Assembly (NCBI GenBank): GCA_023480605.1
Contig: JAMCWS010000160.1
Span: 1 to 35,602, forward strand
Direction of reading: 5' to 3'
DNA from: a bacterium
GTDB taxonomy: Bacteria; Sumerlaeota; Sumerlaeia; MVZB01
Length of the DNA: 35,602 bases
The first letter of the stretch is position 1. Every line of letters starts with the position of its first letter. Shown piece after piece: positions 17,444-26,887 of the stretch. Below the pieces are notes generated by a model. It was not told where the DNA came from. It did not search any database and worked only from the letters and a program-made list of their open reading frames with translations. The translations under genes were made by a program, and so were the position numbers.

Positions 17444-17503
17444 TGCGAACCACGGCGTGCGGCTGGCGCGTCCACACTTGGCGGCTGAACCGCGGCGTTC
17501 GCT
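17444..17503 (+). mobile_element. attC-like site (60 bp)
   Basis: TGCGAAC (17444-17450) ... GTTCGCT (17497-17503) with GCGAAC/GTTCGC complementary; imperfect inner arms; 40 nt after the stop. Confidence 0.65.
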
Positions 17504-17595
17504 CCGGCGCAAGACCGTGGCCAGGGCGAGGAATCCCGCGAAACCGGTCAGGGGCTTGCTCATTTCGCTTTTATGTCCGCCCGGGTAACCGTCCG

Positions 17596-17661
17596 ATGCG
17601 CATCGAGTCTTATCGCGACTTGTAATGCGATCCCGCGAACATACGCCAGGGCCGGCCGCCT
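17596..17661 (+). pseudogene. Possible relic of a four-helix-bundle (23S rRNA IVP-like) gene
   Basis: One frame reads MRIESYRDL*CDPANIRQGRP, resembling the family motifs xSYRDL and PANIAEGxGR with the middle missing. Confidence 0.35.
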
Positions 17662-17699
17662 GATTTCCATTCACATACCCCGACGTCGATCTTCCGGAA

Positions 17700-18980
17700 T
17701 CAGAAATCACGCACCGACCCGTCGAGGGCGTTCACTTTTTGCAGGGGCGGCCGTTTATAGGGCCTGGTTTTAGCCAGCGCTTCATCGAACTCGACGCCCA
17801 GCCCCGGCCCCTCGAGCGGCAGGGCGTAACCGTTCACAACCGTCGGATAGGGCGAGACCACATCGGTTTTGGCGTCGCCGTTGACCCAGGGCGCTTCGAT
17901 CATGATCAGGTTGGGGATGGCCAGCGCCGCGTGCAGCGTCGCCGCCGTGCCCAGCGGGCCGGCGTTGTTGTGGGGAATCAGGTTGAGTTCATACACTTCG
18001 GCGAAAGCGGCGATCTTTTTCATCTCGCTGATGCCGCCGCAGTGGCAGACGTCCGGTCGCACGTAGTCGACGTAGCGGTTGGCGATCGTCTCGCGGAATT
18101 CCCACTTGCTGTGGTAGCGTTCGCCGGTGGCCAGGGGAAGGTATGATTTGGCCCGCACCTGCGCCATGGCCTGCGGATTTTCGTGGCGGATCGGATCCTC
18201 GATCAGGAACGGACGATAGGATTCGGCCCGCCGAGTCAGTTCCACGGCCCACTCCGGATCGTAACGCCCATGGCACTCCAGGATCAGATCGACCTTTTCT
18301 CCCACTGCTTCGCGGATCGCGGCCAGGTATTCGATTTGCTGCTCGACCGCCAGCCGGTGGTCGTGCAGTTCCTGGGCGTCATAACTGTGGAAGGCGCGGA
18401 AGCGGATGGCCGTAATCCCTTTGGCCGCCCGCTCTTTGGCCTGCCGCGCGGCCTCGGCGGCCGTGTTGCCGCTCACGGCGCCGTAAAGGCGCACGCGCGT
18501 GCGGGCCAAACCCCCGAGCAACTGGTAGACGGGGACGCCGTAAGCCTTCCCCTTGATGTCCCAGAGGGCCTGGTCGATGCCGGCGATCGCCGTGCCGGTG
18601 GCCGGTCCGCCGCGCATGAAGCGCCGCCGCAGGCACGATTGCCAGAGATATTCGATTCGCTCGGGGTCCTCGCCAAGGAGGAGCGGAAACAGATCCTTGA
18701 GCGTTCCCTCGGCACTGTAAGGGAGAAAGTGGTTCGTCGCGTCGCCGTAACCGACGATCCCGGCGTCGGTCTCGATCCGCACGAAAACGTCCGACCCGCT
18801 CATGATCGACTCAGCGGCCGTGATCTTCATGCGCGATCGCCGGCGTTCGCTGGCGGACGCCGCCCGGGTGCCGGCCGAGGATGCCGCCGGAGCGGAATCG
18901 GCCGCCATCGACAAGATCCCGGCGGCGGCGAATTGTTTAATGAGACTGCGCCGATTCATTTCCGGTTCGTGGGCTGCCAT
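17700..18980 (-). CDS. Mandelate racemase/galactonate dehydratase (DgoD-like) enolase with Tat signal
   Basis: NRRSLIK twin-arginine; AIAGIDQALWDIKGKAYGVPVYQLLGG, LECHGR, IEDP, ATGER, RPDVCHCGGISE, PHN, PGLGVE. Confidence 0.9.
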   Translation of the reverse strand: MAAHEPEMNRRSLIKQFAAAGILSMAADSAPAASSAGTRAASASERRRSRMKITAAESIMSGSDVFVRIETDAGIVGYGDATNHFLPYSAEGTLKDLFPLLLGEDPERIEYLWQSCLRRRFMRGGPATGTAIAGIDQALWDIKGKAYGVPVYQLLGGLARTRVRLYGAVSGNTAAEAARQAKERAAKGITAIRFRAFHSYDAQELHDHRLAVEQQIEYLAAIREAVGEKVDLILECHGRYDPEWAVELTRRAESYRPFLIEDPIRHENPQAMAQVRAKSYLPLATGERYHSKWEFRETIANRYVDYVRPDVCHCGGISEMKKIAAFAEVYELNLIPHNNAGPLGTAATLHAALAIPNLIMIEAPWVNGDAKTDVVSPYPTVVNGYALPLEGPGLGVEFDEALAKTRPYKRPPLQKVNALDGSVRDF

Positions 18981-19027
18981 GGCAAACTCCCGACTCTTGT
19001 TTCGCCCTCATTGTTGGATCGATCAAG

Positions 19028-20396
19028 TCAAACCTTCATTCGCAACTCGGCGTTTTGCGCGAGAAGCGCTTTCTGCAGCGTTTTTACATCGAGCTTGCGC
19101 GGGGCCACCTTGCCCAGCGTCGCCAGGGCCGCCGCCGTGCCCGAGGCGTGGCCGATCGCCATCGCCGGCGCCATCGAACGGGCCGACTGGAACGGCGCCT
19201 GCTCGCATGAAATGCAACGCCCGGTCAGGATCAGGCCCTCCACCTTGAGCGGCACGAGCGCGCGGTAGGGGATATCGAATCCCTCGTGTTCGAAGAAGAA
19301 TCGCTTCCCATGATAACCCGGCATGGGGTTGGAACTGATTGCGATCACGTCGGGGAAGCGCGTTCCCTTGATCGCGTCCTGTTCGGTGACGACGTATTCG
19401 CCTTGAATGCGCCGCGTCTCGCGCACGCCGACACCCGTGGCCGTCTGAATCAGGCGAACGGATTCACGGCCGGGTTCGCGGCGCAGCGCTTGGATGTCTT
19501 CCCAGAGTTTACGCCGGCTCTCGACCTCCAACCGGGTGAGGTTTGCGACGTCGAGGCAATCGCCGCCGCCCGCCGGCCCCCATTTTACCACGCGGTCGCC
19601 GATCCGGATACCGCCGAAGTTGCCGAGTTCGGCCGGTACGCCGCCCAGGCGATACATCAGGCTGGCGCCCATGCGGTCGCGGGCTTCGCCGGGCGCGGCC
19701 GGGCTCCATGAACGGCGCGCCGGCCCAGGCGGCCAGGTCGCCATCACCGGTGGCATCGACGACGATATCGGCGGCGATGGCCTGGCGGCCCGACTTGGAT
19801 TCGCAGATGACACCATTGACGCGGCCGACGCTCAGCATCGGCGCCACGACCCAACTGTGCAGACGCAGCCGGACGCCTTCCTTAATCAGCAGGTTGAGCG
19901 CGGCGACCTTGGCGGCCTCGGGATCGAATCCGATGCAGTAAGGAAGATCGCCACTGCCCACGTCGTGGTCGGCCTTGGGATAATTGTCCATGTCGGCGAT
20001 GCCGCCCAGGCGGACCAGTTCGGCGATGTATTCGGCCGGGATTCCTTTGACGGTCTGAAGGGCTTCGGGCGGTTTCTGATTGCGGAAGCCGTTGTAACAG
20101 GTCATCAGGCCCGCCGTGCCATTGCCGCCGAGGAACGGGTAGCGCTCGACGAGGAGCGTGTCGGCGCCGGTGCGCGCCGCCGCCAGCGCCGCGATGACGC
20201 CGCTGGGTCCGCCGCCGGCCACAATAACCTGGTGGCGCTCGACGATCGGCGTCGAGAGTTTTTCGGCGTAAGTATTTTCACCCGCGGCGGCCGCCGACGG
20301 GTCGCCCCCCCGTCCCGCAACCATCGCGATGCCCACAGCCCCTCCCAGGAACTTCCGGCGGCCGATGCCGCTTCCCGATTTTGCGCCCTTGGTCAT
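19028..20396 (-). pseudogene. FAD-dependent oxidoreductase with Tat signal, split by one frameshift near 19700
   Basis: GRRKFLGG; VIVAGGGPSG..AARTGA..LVERYPFLGG, VDATGDGDLAAWAGAPF; continues in another frame with GVRETRRIQGEY, FDIPYRALVP, TGRCIS, MAIGHASGTAAALA. Confidence 0.85.
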
Positions 20397-20593
20397 GATC
20401 CGCCTCCAGCGAATGATTGCATCCGAATCTGAAATTCCCGATAACGTGACGGGTGATTTAAGATGTCGTTACTATTCACAACCTACTTGACAACAAACAT
20501 CATGAAATGGCCAGAAAAACATGAATCGGCTCCATCAGGATTAATCCCGTTTCTGTTCAGGAATTCGAAGGCTTTACGGGCACTTCAAGCGAA

Positions 20594-21811
20594 TCAGATC
20601 GGCTCGCCGATGCCGCTGGGCCGGCAGAGTATCTCACGGTGCAACCGCTCATATAGATCGAGGTCGTTTTCGCTGATCATGATCTCGAGCGGCTGGCCAC
20701 GGGGAACGGTATGGAGCAGGTGACGGAGGTAATCTTCCGTCCGGGGCCAGGTAAACCTTTCATGCAGGTTGACGCTGGGGCCGATCGCCAGCGCCCTGCG
20801 CCCGCCCATGAGCCGGCAAAGCGCGGCCAGGTCGTTTTCGCGGATTTGGCCGTGCATGGCGCGAAAGTTGGAGTCGCTCAGTATGCTGGGCACCGTCCGC
20901 TCCCAATTGCCGCACGAGTGAGCGCCGTAAGAGCCCAAAGCCTCGCCGAATCGCCGAAGCCAGGGCGCCTCGAACGCCTCGTAGACCGGCAGCGAAACGA
21001 CCGAGCGAACCTCGGAACAAAGCGCCGGCCCGCCCCGCATGCAACCGAAGGTGTCGGCGTGCAACTGCCCCCCGGCGGCCTGACGCAAGGCCCGCATCAT
21101 CGCCACATTAACGTGGTACACTTTATCCAGCAGGCCGCGGATGGTCTCCGGCTCGCTGTAAACCCACTGGAACGTCACCGTGGAGCCCAGCAGATAGTTG
21201 ACGGTATCCAGGAAACTGGTCATGACCGGATTGCGGAATGGCAGCATGCCGCGCGTGGCCGCCCGCGCGTAACGGACCCACTCCACGGCCTGCCAGTAAA
21301 CGCTGGCGTCCAACGGCCGCGCCTCCACGCGCGCAACCGAGGTCGGATCGGGAGACAGCGGATGAACAAGGCAATTGCCGTCGGGCTGCTGCTCGACGCG
21401 TGCGCCGTACAGATCGGCGATCCCTTGGGATTGCATGTGCACGAATCGGGGCACGCCCAAGGCGGGAAACCCGTCGTTGGGCAACTCGAGCATGGCGACG
21501 ATGGCATGGAGCTGCTCCACCAGCGCCTCGCGCCATTTTTCGGTATACCGGGCCGGTTTGGGCGCGGTCTCATCCAAATCGAAAGTCACCCGTTCCCTGA
21601 CCCGCTTCAAGCGCTCTTCACTCGGCACCACCCTTACCGCGATCCGCCCCGGCGCGCAGCCAGCCCAAAGCGAATCCCACAGTCCGCTCATTCGCCAATG
21701 ACGCCGGACGATCTGCTCCAGGGCAGTCATGCCAACCAGGGCGTTCCAGTTGGCGTCCGCCACAATGCGATCCGAAACGGCCTTTTCCATTTTGCTAACC
21801 AAATCGTTCAT
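20594..21811 (-). CDS. Uroporphyrinogen decarboxylase / MtaA-CmuA-like TIM-barrel protein
   Basis: FLDTVNYLLGS..YSEPETIRGLL..VSLPVYEAFEAPWL..AHSCG (HxC); start uncertain (21811-21859). Confidence 0.65.
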   Translation of the reverse strand: MNDLVSKMEKAVSDRIVADANWNALVGMTALEQIVRRHWRMSGLWDSLWAGCAPGRIAVRVVPSEERLKRVRERVTFDLDETAPKPARYTEKWREALVEQLHAIVAMLELPNDGFPALGVPRFVHMQSQGIADLYGARVEQQPDGNCLVHPLSPDPTSVARVEARPLDASVYWQAVEWVRYARAATRGMLPFRNPVMTSFLDTVNYLLGSTVTFQWVYSEPETIRGLLDKVYHVNVAMMRALRQAAGGQLHADTFGCMRGGPALCSEVRSVVSLPVYEAFEAPWLRRFGEALGSYGAHSCGNWERTVPSILSDSNFRAMHGQIRENDLAALCRLMGGRRALAIGPSVNLHERFTWPRTEDYLRHLLHTVPRGQPLEIMISENDLDLYERLHREILCRPSGIGEPI

Positions 21812-21989
21812 AATGCCTGATTCTGCGTGGATCATCCCGCCGAAAGAGTCTATGTGCAAGTCATTTGCGCCCGGGATGCGCGCGCTGGGCCACCCCTCGC
21901 CGGGAATTCGATGCGCCCCGGTCCGACGCTTCCTGCAATTTCTCCCGGTGTTCTCGTGACGTCAAGGTTCGGATCGGTTCTTCGCTCAT

Positions 21990-22133
21990 CAGCATGGAAC
22001 AGGCCAGGGCAAATGTGGACGGGGTGGGCGCCATGAACCGCGAGGAGGCCGGCTATTGGCTCGGCATGGCCATGCACCGCAGGTTCCCCCACCGCGTGCC
22101 GGCGCCCTGCGGATGCTGCTGACGACGCCGTAC
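21990..22133 (+). pseudogene. 3' relic of a small conserved hypothetical gene
   Basis: GVGAMNREEAGYWLGMAMHRRFPHRV, then a 1-nt shift near 22102 gives ALRMLLTTP; no intact 5' part. Confidence 0.45.
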
Positions 22134-22145
22134 ACTCATAAAATG

Positions 22146-22185
22146 ATTCATTTGATACTTCACCGGCTTTAAGTATCATATGAAT
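22146..22185. repeat. AT-rich 15-bp inverted repeat with 10-bp spacer
   Basis: ATTCATTTGATACTT-CACCGGCTTT-AAGTATCATATGAAT; arms match 14/15. Confidence 0.8.
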
Positions 22186-22523
22186 TGTCATATCGACGTT
22201 AATTACCACAAGTCTGGCGGGCGTGACGGCCGCTGGTGGCCAGCGGCCTTCCCCCCGACGCCGCCCGCGCCTGGTTCATCCAGACCCCGGGGATTCACGG
22301 GGATCCGGTAGCGACGTAGAAGCGGATCGCTCAAGTTGGGACAGCCGGACGCGCAAGGTCAAAACCAGACTGGCTGACAAATGACAGAATCACTGATTCC
22401 TCGTTTCCTGGCCGATCTGGAGCGGATGGTTGTATGGTGGCTTCGAAAAGGTATGAGCACAATTGCGCATGCCGATAGTCCCGATGGTTCATTTTTCGCC
22501 CGGAAGGGAACCAAGGTAGAATC

Positions 22524-25500
22524 ATGACGATTTCACGGTGGGTCATGGTGGTTATTCTCGCCGGCAATGCGGTGGCGCAGGAGCCTGGCGGATATTTGCC
22601 TTCGACCAAACTCAACACGGACGCCTACCTCCGGACGGAAAAAGGTTCGGACGATCAACGAATTTGGGTGCTCGGCACCGCCCGCGTCGAGAAGCGCTTG
22701 CGCTTGAAGCAAGGCCGGTTTGCGTTGGTGTCTTTCCGGAACAAGCGCGCTGCCAGCGAATATGTACAAAATGGCGGCAGCCCGGAATTCCGCCTGCCAT
22801 GCGGCCCGGCGATTTTGACGGGACTCGAGGGTAATTGGACCTTCATCGAGCAGAATGTCCGCAAGGGCGGGCAGGGCGAACTCGAACTCACGCTGACGAT
22901 CGAACGCGCCGGCATTCGCGTGACACGCCATTACATCGTTTACCCGGGCACGGCGATCATCCGCGAGTGGACGACCTTGGAAAACCGCGGCGCCAAACCC
23001 GTCCCGATCGCCAACCCATTCTTTTTCACCACCACGGTGTTGGGCGATACGGCGCGAGCGGGTCTCGACCTGTCGCATTTCAGCGGCGCATTTCATAATC
23101 CCGACAGCCAGCGGCTGGCAACGCAACGCGTCGGCGCCGATTATGCCCATGAATTTTCGTCGCCCTATGCCGCAATGAATCATATGCCCCTCATGATCCT
23201 CTCACCCGCCGGAGCCGGCCATGGCCTGTTCTTCGGCTGGGACTACCTTGGGCCCTGGTCGGCGCCGATGGGTTTGTTTGGAGACAGCGACTTCCACTGC
23301 GGCCCGCGCCTCGATCAGTATAACCGCAACCTGGCCCCGGGTGAGTCGATCGAATTGCCCCAGGCTTTCACGGGCGTTTTCAATGGCGACCTGGACGACC
23401 TGGGCAACGAGATGCTCGATTGGCAATATGCCTTTGCCTGGGATTTCAAAAATCCCGCCTATTTCGCCCAGCCACGGCTGGCGGTGGATTTCCCCTCGCC
23501 ATGGGTCGCCGAAGGCGGCACCGCCGAGAACTGGAGTTGCCGGCTGGCGCTCGATCTCTACTTCACCGACCTCGCGCGGTACCTGGGCGCGGGATCGCTG
23601 TGGGACGATGCCGGCTGGTATGACGAGTGGGGCAGTTGGAACGGCCCTGAATTCGGCCAGGTGACGGACTACCTCAAGAAGCAGGCCATGACGTTGATCG
23701 TCTGGATGCCCACCTTCATCAGCCGCCCCGGTTCCCAGGTGGTGCGGGATCTGGGCGCCGAAGTCGCCCTGCCCAATGGCGCCTGGGGATACGAAGCCGG
23801 CATCGACCAGTCGCGGCCCGAGGCGACCGCCTGGCAACGCAAACTGCTCGATCAGAGAGTGCGCCAGTGGGGCGATTTCCAATGGCGGCTCGATGGCGCC
23901 CCGGGATGGGGACTCGATCCACTCGCCGCCGATCAGCAATTCCGCTCGCTGGTGCGCGGCTTCATGGCCGATCACCCCGGTTGCGCCATCGATGCCGGCA
24001 GCCGCGGGGGCGCCAGCCTGATGGGGGTCGATCTGGGGCGCTATTCCTGTTCCATCGAACTCACCGACGGCACCGGCGTGCGCGACTACGGCGGGTATTA
24101 CGGATCGTTGATGCTGCCGCCGGACCTGTGGCACTGGATCATCCTGGCCGCCCGCGGCAAGGAATCCCGCAAGCATTATGATATCCGCCTCGACCGCATG
24201 CACCTGCGCATGAACCCCGTCTGGTTCGGCGATCCGGGGACGAGCCTCCCCTACTGCAAACATAATACGAGCCAGGACTACCCCGTCGAAGCGATCACCG
24301 GACTGCGCGCCCAGAGCCTGGGCGACCTTGAAAAGATTCGCAAGGATTGGGACCTGTACGCCTACCTGCGCCACGAAGGCGTGGCCGGACGATGGAGCCA
24401 TGTATTCCGGCCAAAGGTCTCAGGCGATGATCCCATTCATTACTTCCAGCGCATGAACCGCGACGGGACAAAAGGCGTTATATTAACAACGCGTTCGTGG
24501 GAACACCCCGAATCGGGGCCGCCGGGCGCGGTGCGCATCCATCCCAAAGGCCTTGATCCGAAAGCCAAATACGATGTGCGTTTCGACTTCGACGAGACGG
24601 TTTATCGGTCCCGCGGTGCGGATCTCATGATCTCCGGCATTTCGATCTCAATCCTCCAACCGGGCGAAATAATCTACCTCAACCTGCCCCGCCATCCCGG
24701 CTCCGGCGCCGACACGACTCCCCCCGACGCCCCGCGCGAGGTGCGCCGGCGTGTGGCGGACTATGTCTATACCCAGGGCGTCGAAGTAACGTGGGATCCC
24801 GCGGCCGACGACAACTGGATTTCGGGATACCGCGTATACAGGATCGGTCCCGATGGCGGCGAGACAAATCTGGGCCGGGTTTCACGCGGCACGTTTTATT
24901 TCGATCGGTCGGCGCTCGCCACGGCGCTCGCCCAATGCCGCTACGACGTGGAAACCATCGACGGCGACGGCAACGCCTCCAAACGGACACGGGCGCGTAT
25001 GGAACCGGGCGAACCCGAACGCCACTACGGGTTCAGCGGGTTTGGCGGCACTCAGGGCTATCGCGGCTGGTCTTACGAATGGATCATGGACAACGGGCAA
25101 TTCAAGCCTTTGACTTGGGTGCCCACCGGGGGGTACGAAGGGCGCTGGGAAAGACGCTGGAACACACCCGGCATGCTGACCATTCCTGGAACGGGCTTCA
25201 TTGGCAGGACGATTATGACTCCCGAGGCCAGCTTCGATGTGGCGCGGGTTTTTGAGGCGCCGCGCGATGGCGTCTCTATTTTGAAGGGCGTCATCCGCCG
25301 GGACCTGCCCCCCGGCCAGGCGCCGGCAACGGATTGTCACGTGCGCCTCTGCCTGAATAAAAACCAGGTGTGGCCTGCCACGGGTCATGCCCAAATCCCC
25401 GCGGACGGCACGCCCGTCGAATACCAAATCGAAGCGGCCGTGCACAAGGGCGACCGAATCGCCCACATCCTGGAGCGTAATGCCCAATACAAGTCCGTCG

Positions 25501-25535
25501 CCATCGATTGGAATCCGGTCATCGAATATCGATAA
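22524..25535 (+). CDS. Secreted clan-D (GH36 alpha-galactosidase-like) glycoside hydrolase with FN3-like and extra C-terminal domains
   Basis: Signal peptide; GH36-like N-domain (IREWTTLEN, FFGWDYLGPW, LAPGESIELP); WDDAGWY, VWMP, WRLDG, GSRGG, LTDG; PKGLDPKAKYDV; FN3-like VTWDPAADDNWISGYRVYR. Confidence 0.7.
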   Translation: MTISRWVMVVILAGNAVAQEPGGYLPSTKLNTDAYLRTEKGSDDQRIWVLGTARVEKRLRLKQGRFALVSFRNKRAASEYVQNGGSPEFRLPCGPAILTGLEGNWTFIEQNVRKGGQGELELTLTIERAGIRVTRHYIVYPGTAIIREWTTLENRGAKPVPIANPFFFTTTVLGDTARAGLDLSHFSGAFHNPDSQRLATQRVGADYAHEFSSPYAAMNHMPLMILSPAGAGHGLFFGWDYLGPWSAPMGLFGDSDFHCGPRLDQYNRNLAPGESIELPQAFTGVFNGDLDDLGNEMLDWQYAFAWDFKNPAYFAQPRLAVDFPSPWVAEGGTAENWSCRLALDLYFTDLARYLGAGSLWDDAGWYDEWGSWNGPEFGQVTDYLKKQAMTLIVWMPTFISRPGSQVVRDLGAEVALPNGAWGYEAGIDQSRPEATAWQRKLLDQRVRQWGDFQWRLDGAPGWGLDPLAADQQFRSLVRGFMADHPGCAIDAGSRGGASLMGVDLGRYSCSIELTDGTGVRDYGGYYGSLMLPPDLWHWIILAARGKESRKHYDIRLDRMHLRMNPVWFGDPGTSLPYCKHNTSQDYPVEAITGLRAQSLGDLEKIRKDWDLYAYLRHEGVAGRWSHVFRPKVSGDDPIHYFQRMNRDGTKGVILTTRSWEHPESGPPGAVRIHPKGLDPKAKYDVRFDFDETVYRSRGADLMISGISISILQPGEIIYLNLPRHPGSGADTTPPDAPREVRRRVADYVYTQGVEVTWDPAADDNWISGYRVYRIGPDGGETNLGRVSRGTFYFDRSALATALAQCRYDVETIDGDGNASKRTRARMEPGEPERHYGFSGFGGTQGYRGWSYEWIMDNGQFKPLTWVPTGGYEGRWERRWNTPGMLTIPGTGFIGRTIMTPEASFDVARVFEAPRDGVSILKGVIRRDLPPGQAPATDCHVRLCLNKNQVWPATGHAQIPADGTPVEYQIEAAVHKGDRIAHILERNAQYKSVAIDWNPVIEYR

Positions 25536-25558
25536 ACGACCTGACATGGCAGGTGATT

Positions 25559-26887
25559 ATGAATGCATACCGATTGGCGATTGTGTGCTTGGTGCTGTCG
25601 ATCTGTGGGTTGCGGGAAGGGGCATCCGTGGCCAATGCGACGCCGGCCACTCCGTCGTGTGGCTTCACGGCGGTCGTCGCCCACCGCGGCGACAAAGTGG
25701 TGCTGAGCACCGCCGACGGCCGCATCGTGACCGAACGGACAGCCGGCGAAAATGACGCGCGCCTTATTCAACAGGGCGCCGAGATCTGCCGCCAAGGCGG
25801 CCGCCCCGGCGGCGAACTGCGCATCATGGCCGGCCAATACGATCTGAAGGAATCCATCGTGCTGGATTTCCCCTGCACGGTGTCGGGCGAAGGGCGCGGC
25901 ACGATTCTCGTCCCGCCCCCCAACGACTACGCCATCCGCATCATGAAGACCGAGCGCAGCCCATCGATAAACGATTGGGTCTGGGGACCCGAGCGCGCCT
26001 CGATCCCGCGGTGGTTGACCGACCTCTGCGGCGAGCGTCTCTACGGCGTTTATGTGCGTTCATTGGCGATTGTCGGCAATGGCCGGGGCAAAGGGATCTA
26101 TCTAACCGGGGTCACCGAATGCATCTGCGATGACCTGGCCATCCACTCGACTTACGACGGCGCCGCCATTTACATCGACCGAACCGTCATGGAGTCGGAG
26201 TTTCGCAGTATCGTCTGTTATGTGAACGGCAGCATCAAGAACCGCGAGGCTACCATTGTCGTCGCGTCTCAGGATGACGGCGATGGTAACAATAATATCC
26301 AGTTTACCCGGGTGCATGTGCTGCTGCCCAATTACATCGGTGTGCAGATCGGCACGGATAAAAAATTCCCGCCCCGGCTGCTTTACTTCACGCAGTCCTT
26401 CTTCCACGGCTGGCTGCCCGCCGAGCGCATGCCGCCCTGCGATCTCTTCCTCGTGCATGCGGCGGATCCCGAACGGGGCATTGTCATTTCGGAGAGCCGT
26501 TTCACCAATGTCGGCAAGGCCAATGCCATGTTGCATGTCGAGAAGGGCGCGGTCGACCTCACCAACTCCATCCTGGGCGGAGGGTATGGCAAGACAATCA
26601 TCCTCGCCGATCCGGACACCAAGGTCTCGGTCCGTGGCAATATGTTTCATGAAGTCCAGGACGGCGAATGGAGCCTGGATGCATCCGGCGCCGATGTGAT
26701 CTTCGCCCAGAACATACTTGGTCCCCAAGGGCGGATTCAGTTGCAAAACGCCAGGTCCGCCGTCGTCACCGGGAACCGGTTCGGGCGTTCTGAAAAGGAG
26801 GCGATCGTGGGTGTACCCAAGTGGCTGTTCCGTGCGAAACGCCGGATTCAGGTGTCCGGAAATGTCTTCGCGCCGGCGACGCATTGA
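25559..26887 (+). CDS. Secreted right-handed parallel beta-helix (pectin lyase fold) protein
   Basis: Signal peptide; DARLIQQG..GGELRIMAGQY..VSGEGRGTIL N-cap; repeated VRGNMF, FAQNIL, VTGNRF, VSGNVF coils. Confidence 0.75.
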   Translation: MNAYRLAIVCLVLSICGLREGASVANATPATPSCGFTAVVAHRGDKVVLSTADGRIVTERTAGENDARLIQQGAEICRQGGRPGGELRIMAGQYDLKESIVLDFPCTVSGEGRGTILVPPPNDYAIRIMKTERSPSINDWVWGPERASIPRWLTDLCGERLYGVYVRSLAIVGNGRGKGIYLTGVTECICDDLAIHSTYDGAAIYIDRTVMESEFRSIVCYVNGSIKNREATIVVASQDDGDGNNNIQFTRVHVLLPNYIGVQIGTDKKFPPRLLYFTQSFFHGWLPAERMPPCDLFLVHAADPERGIVISESRFTNVGKANAMLHVEKGAVDLTNSILGGGYGKTIILADPDTKVSVRGNMFHEVQDGEWSLDASGADVIFAQNILGPQGRIQLQNARSAVVTGNRFGRSEKEAIVGVPKWLFRAKRRIQVSGNVFAPATH

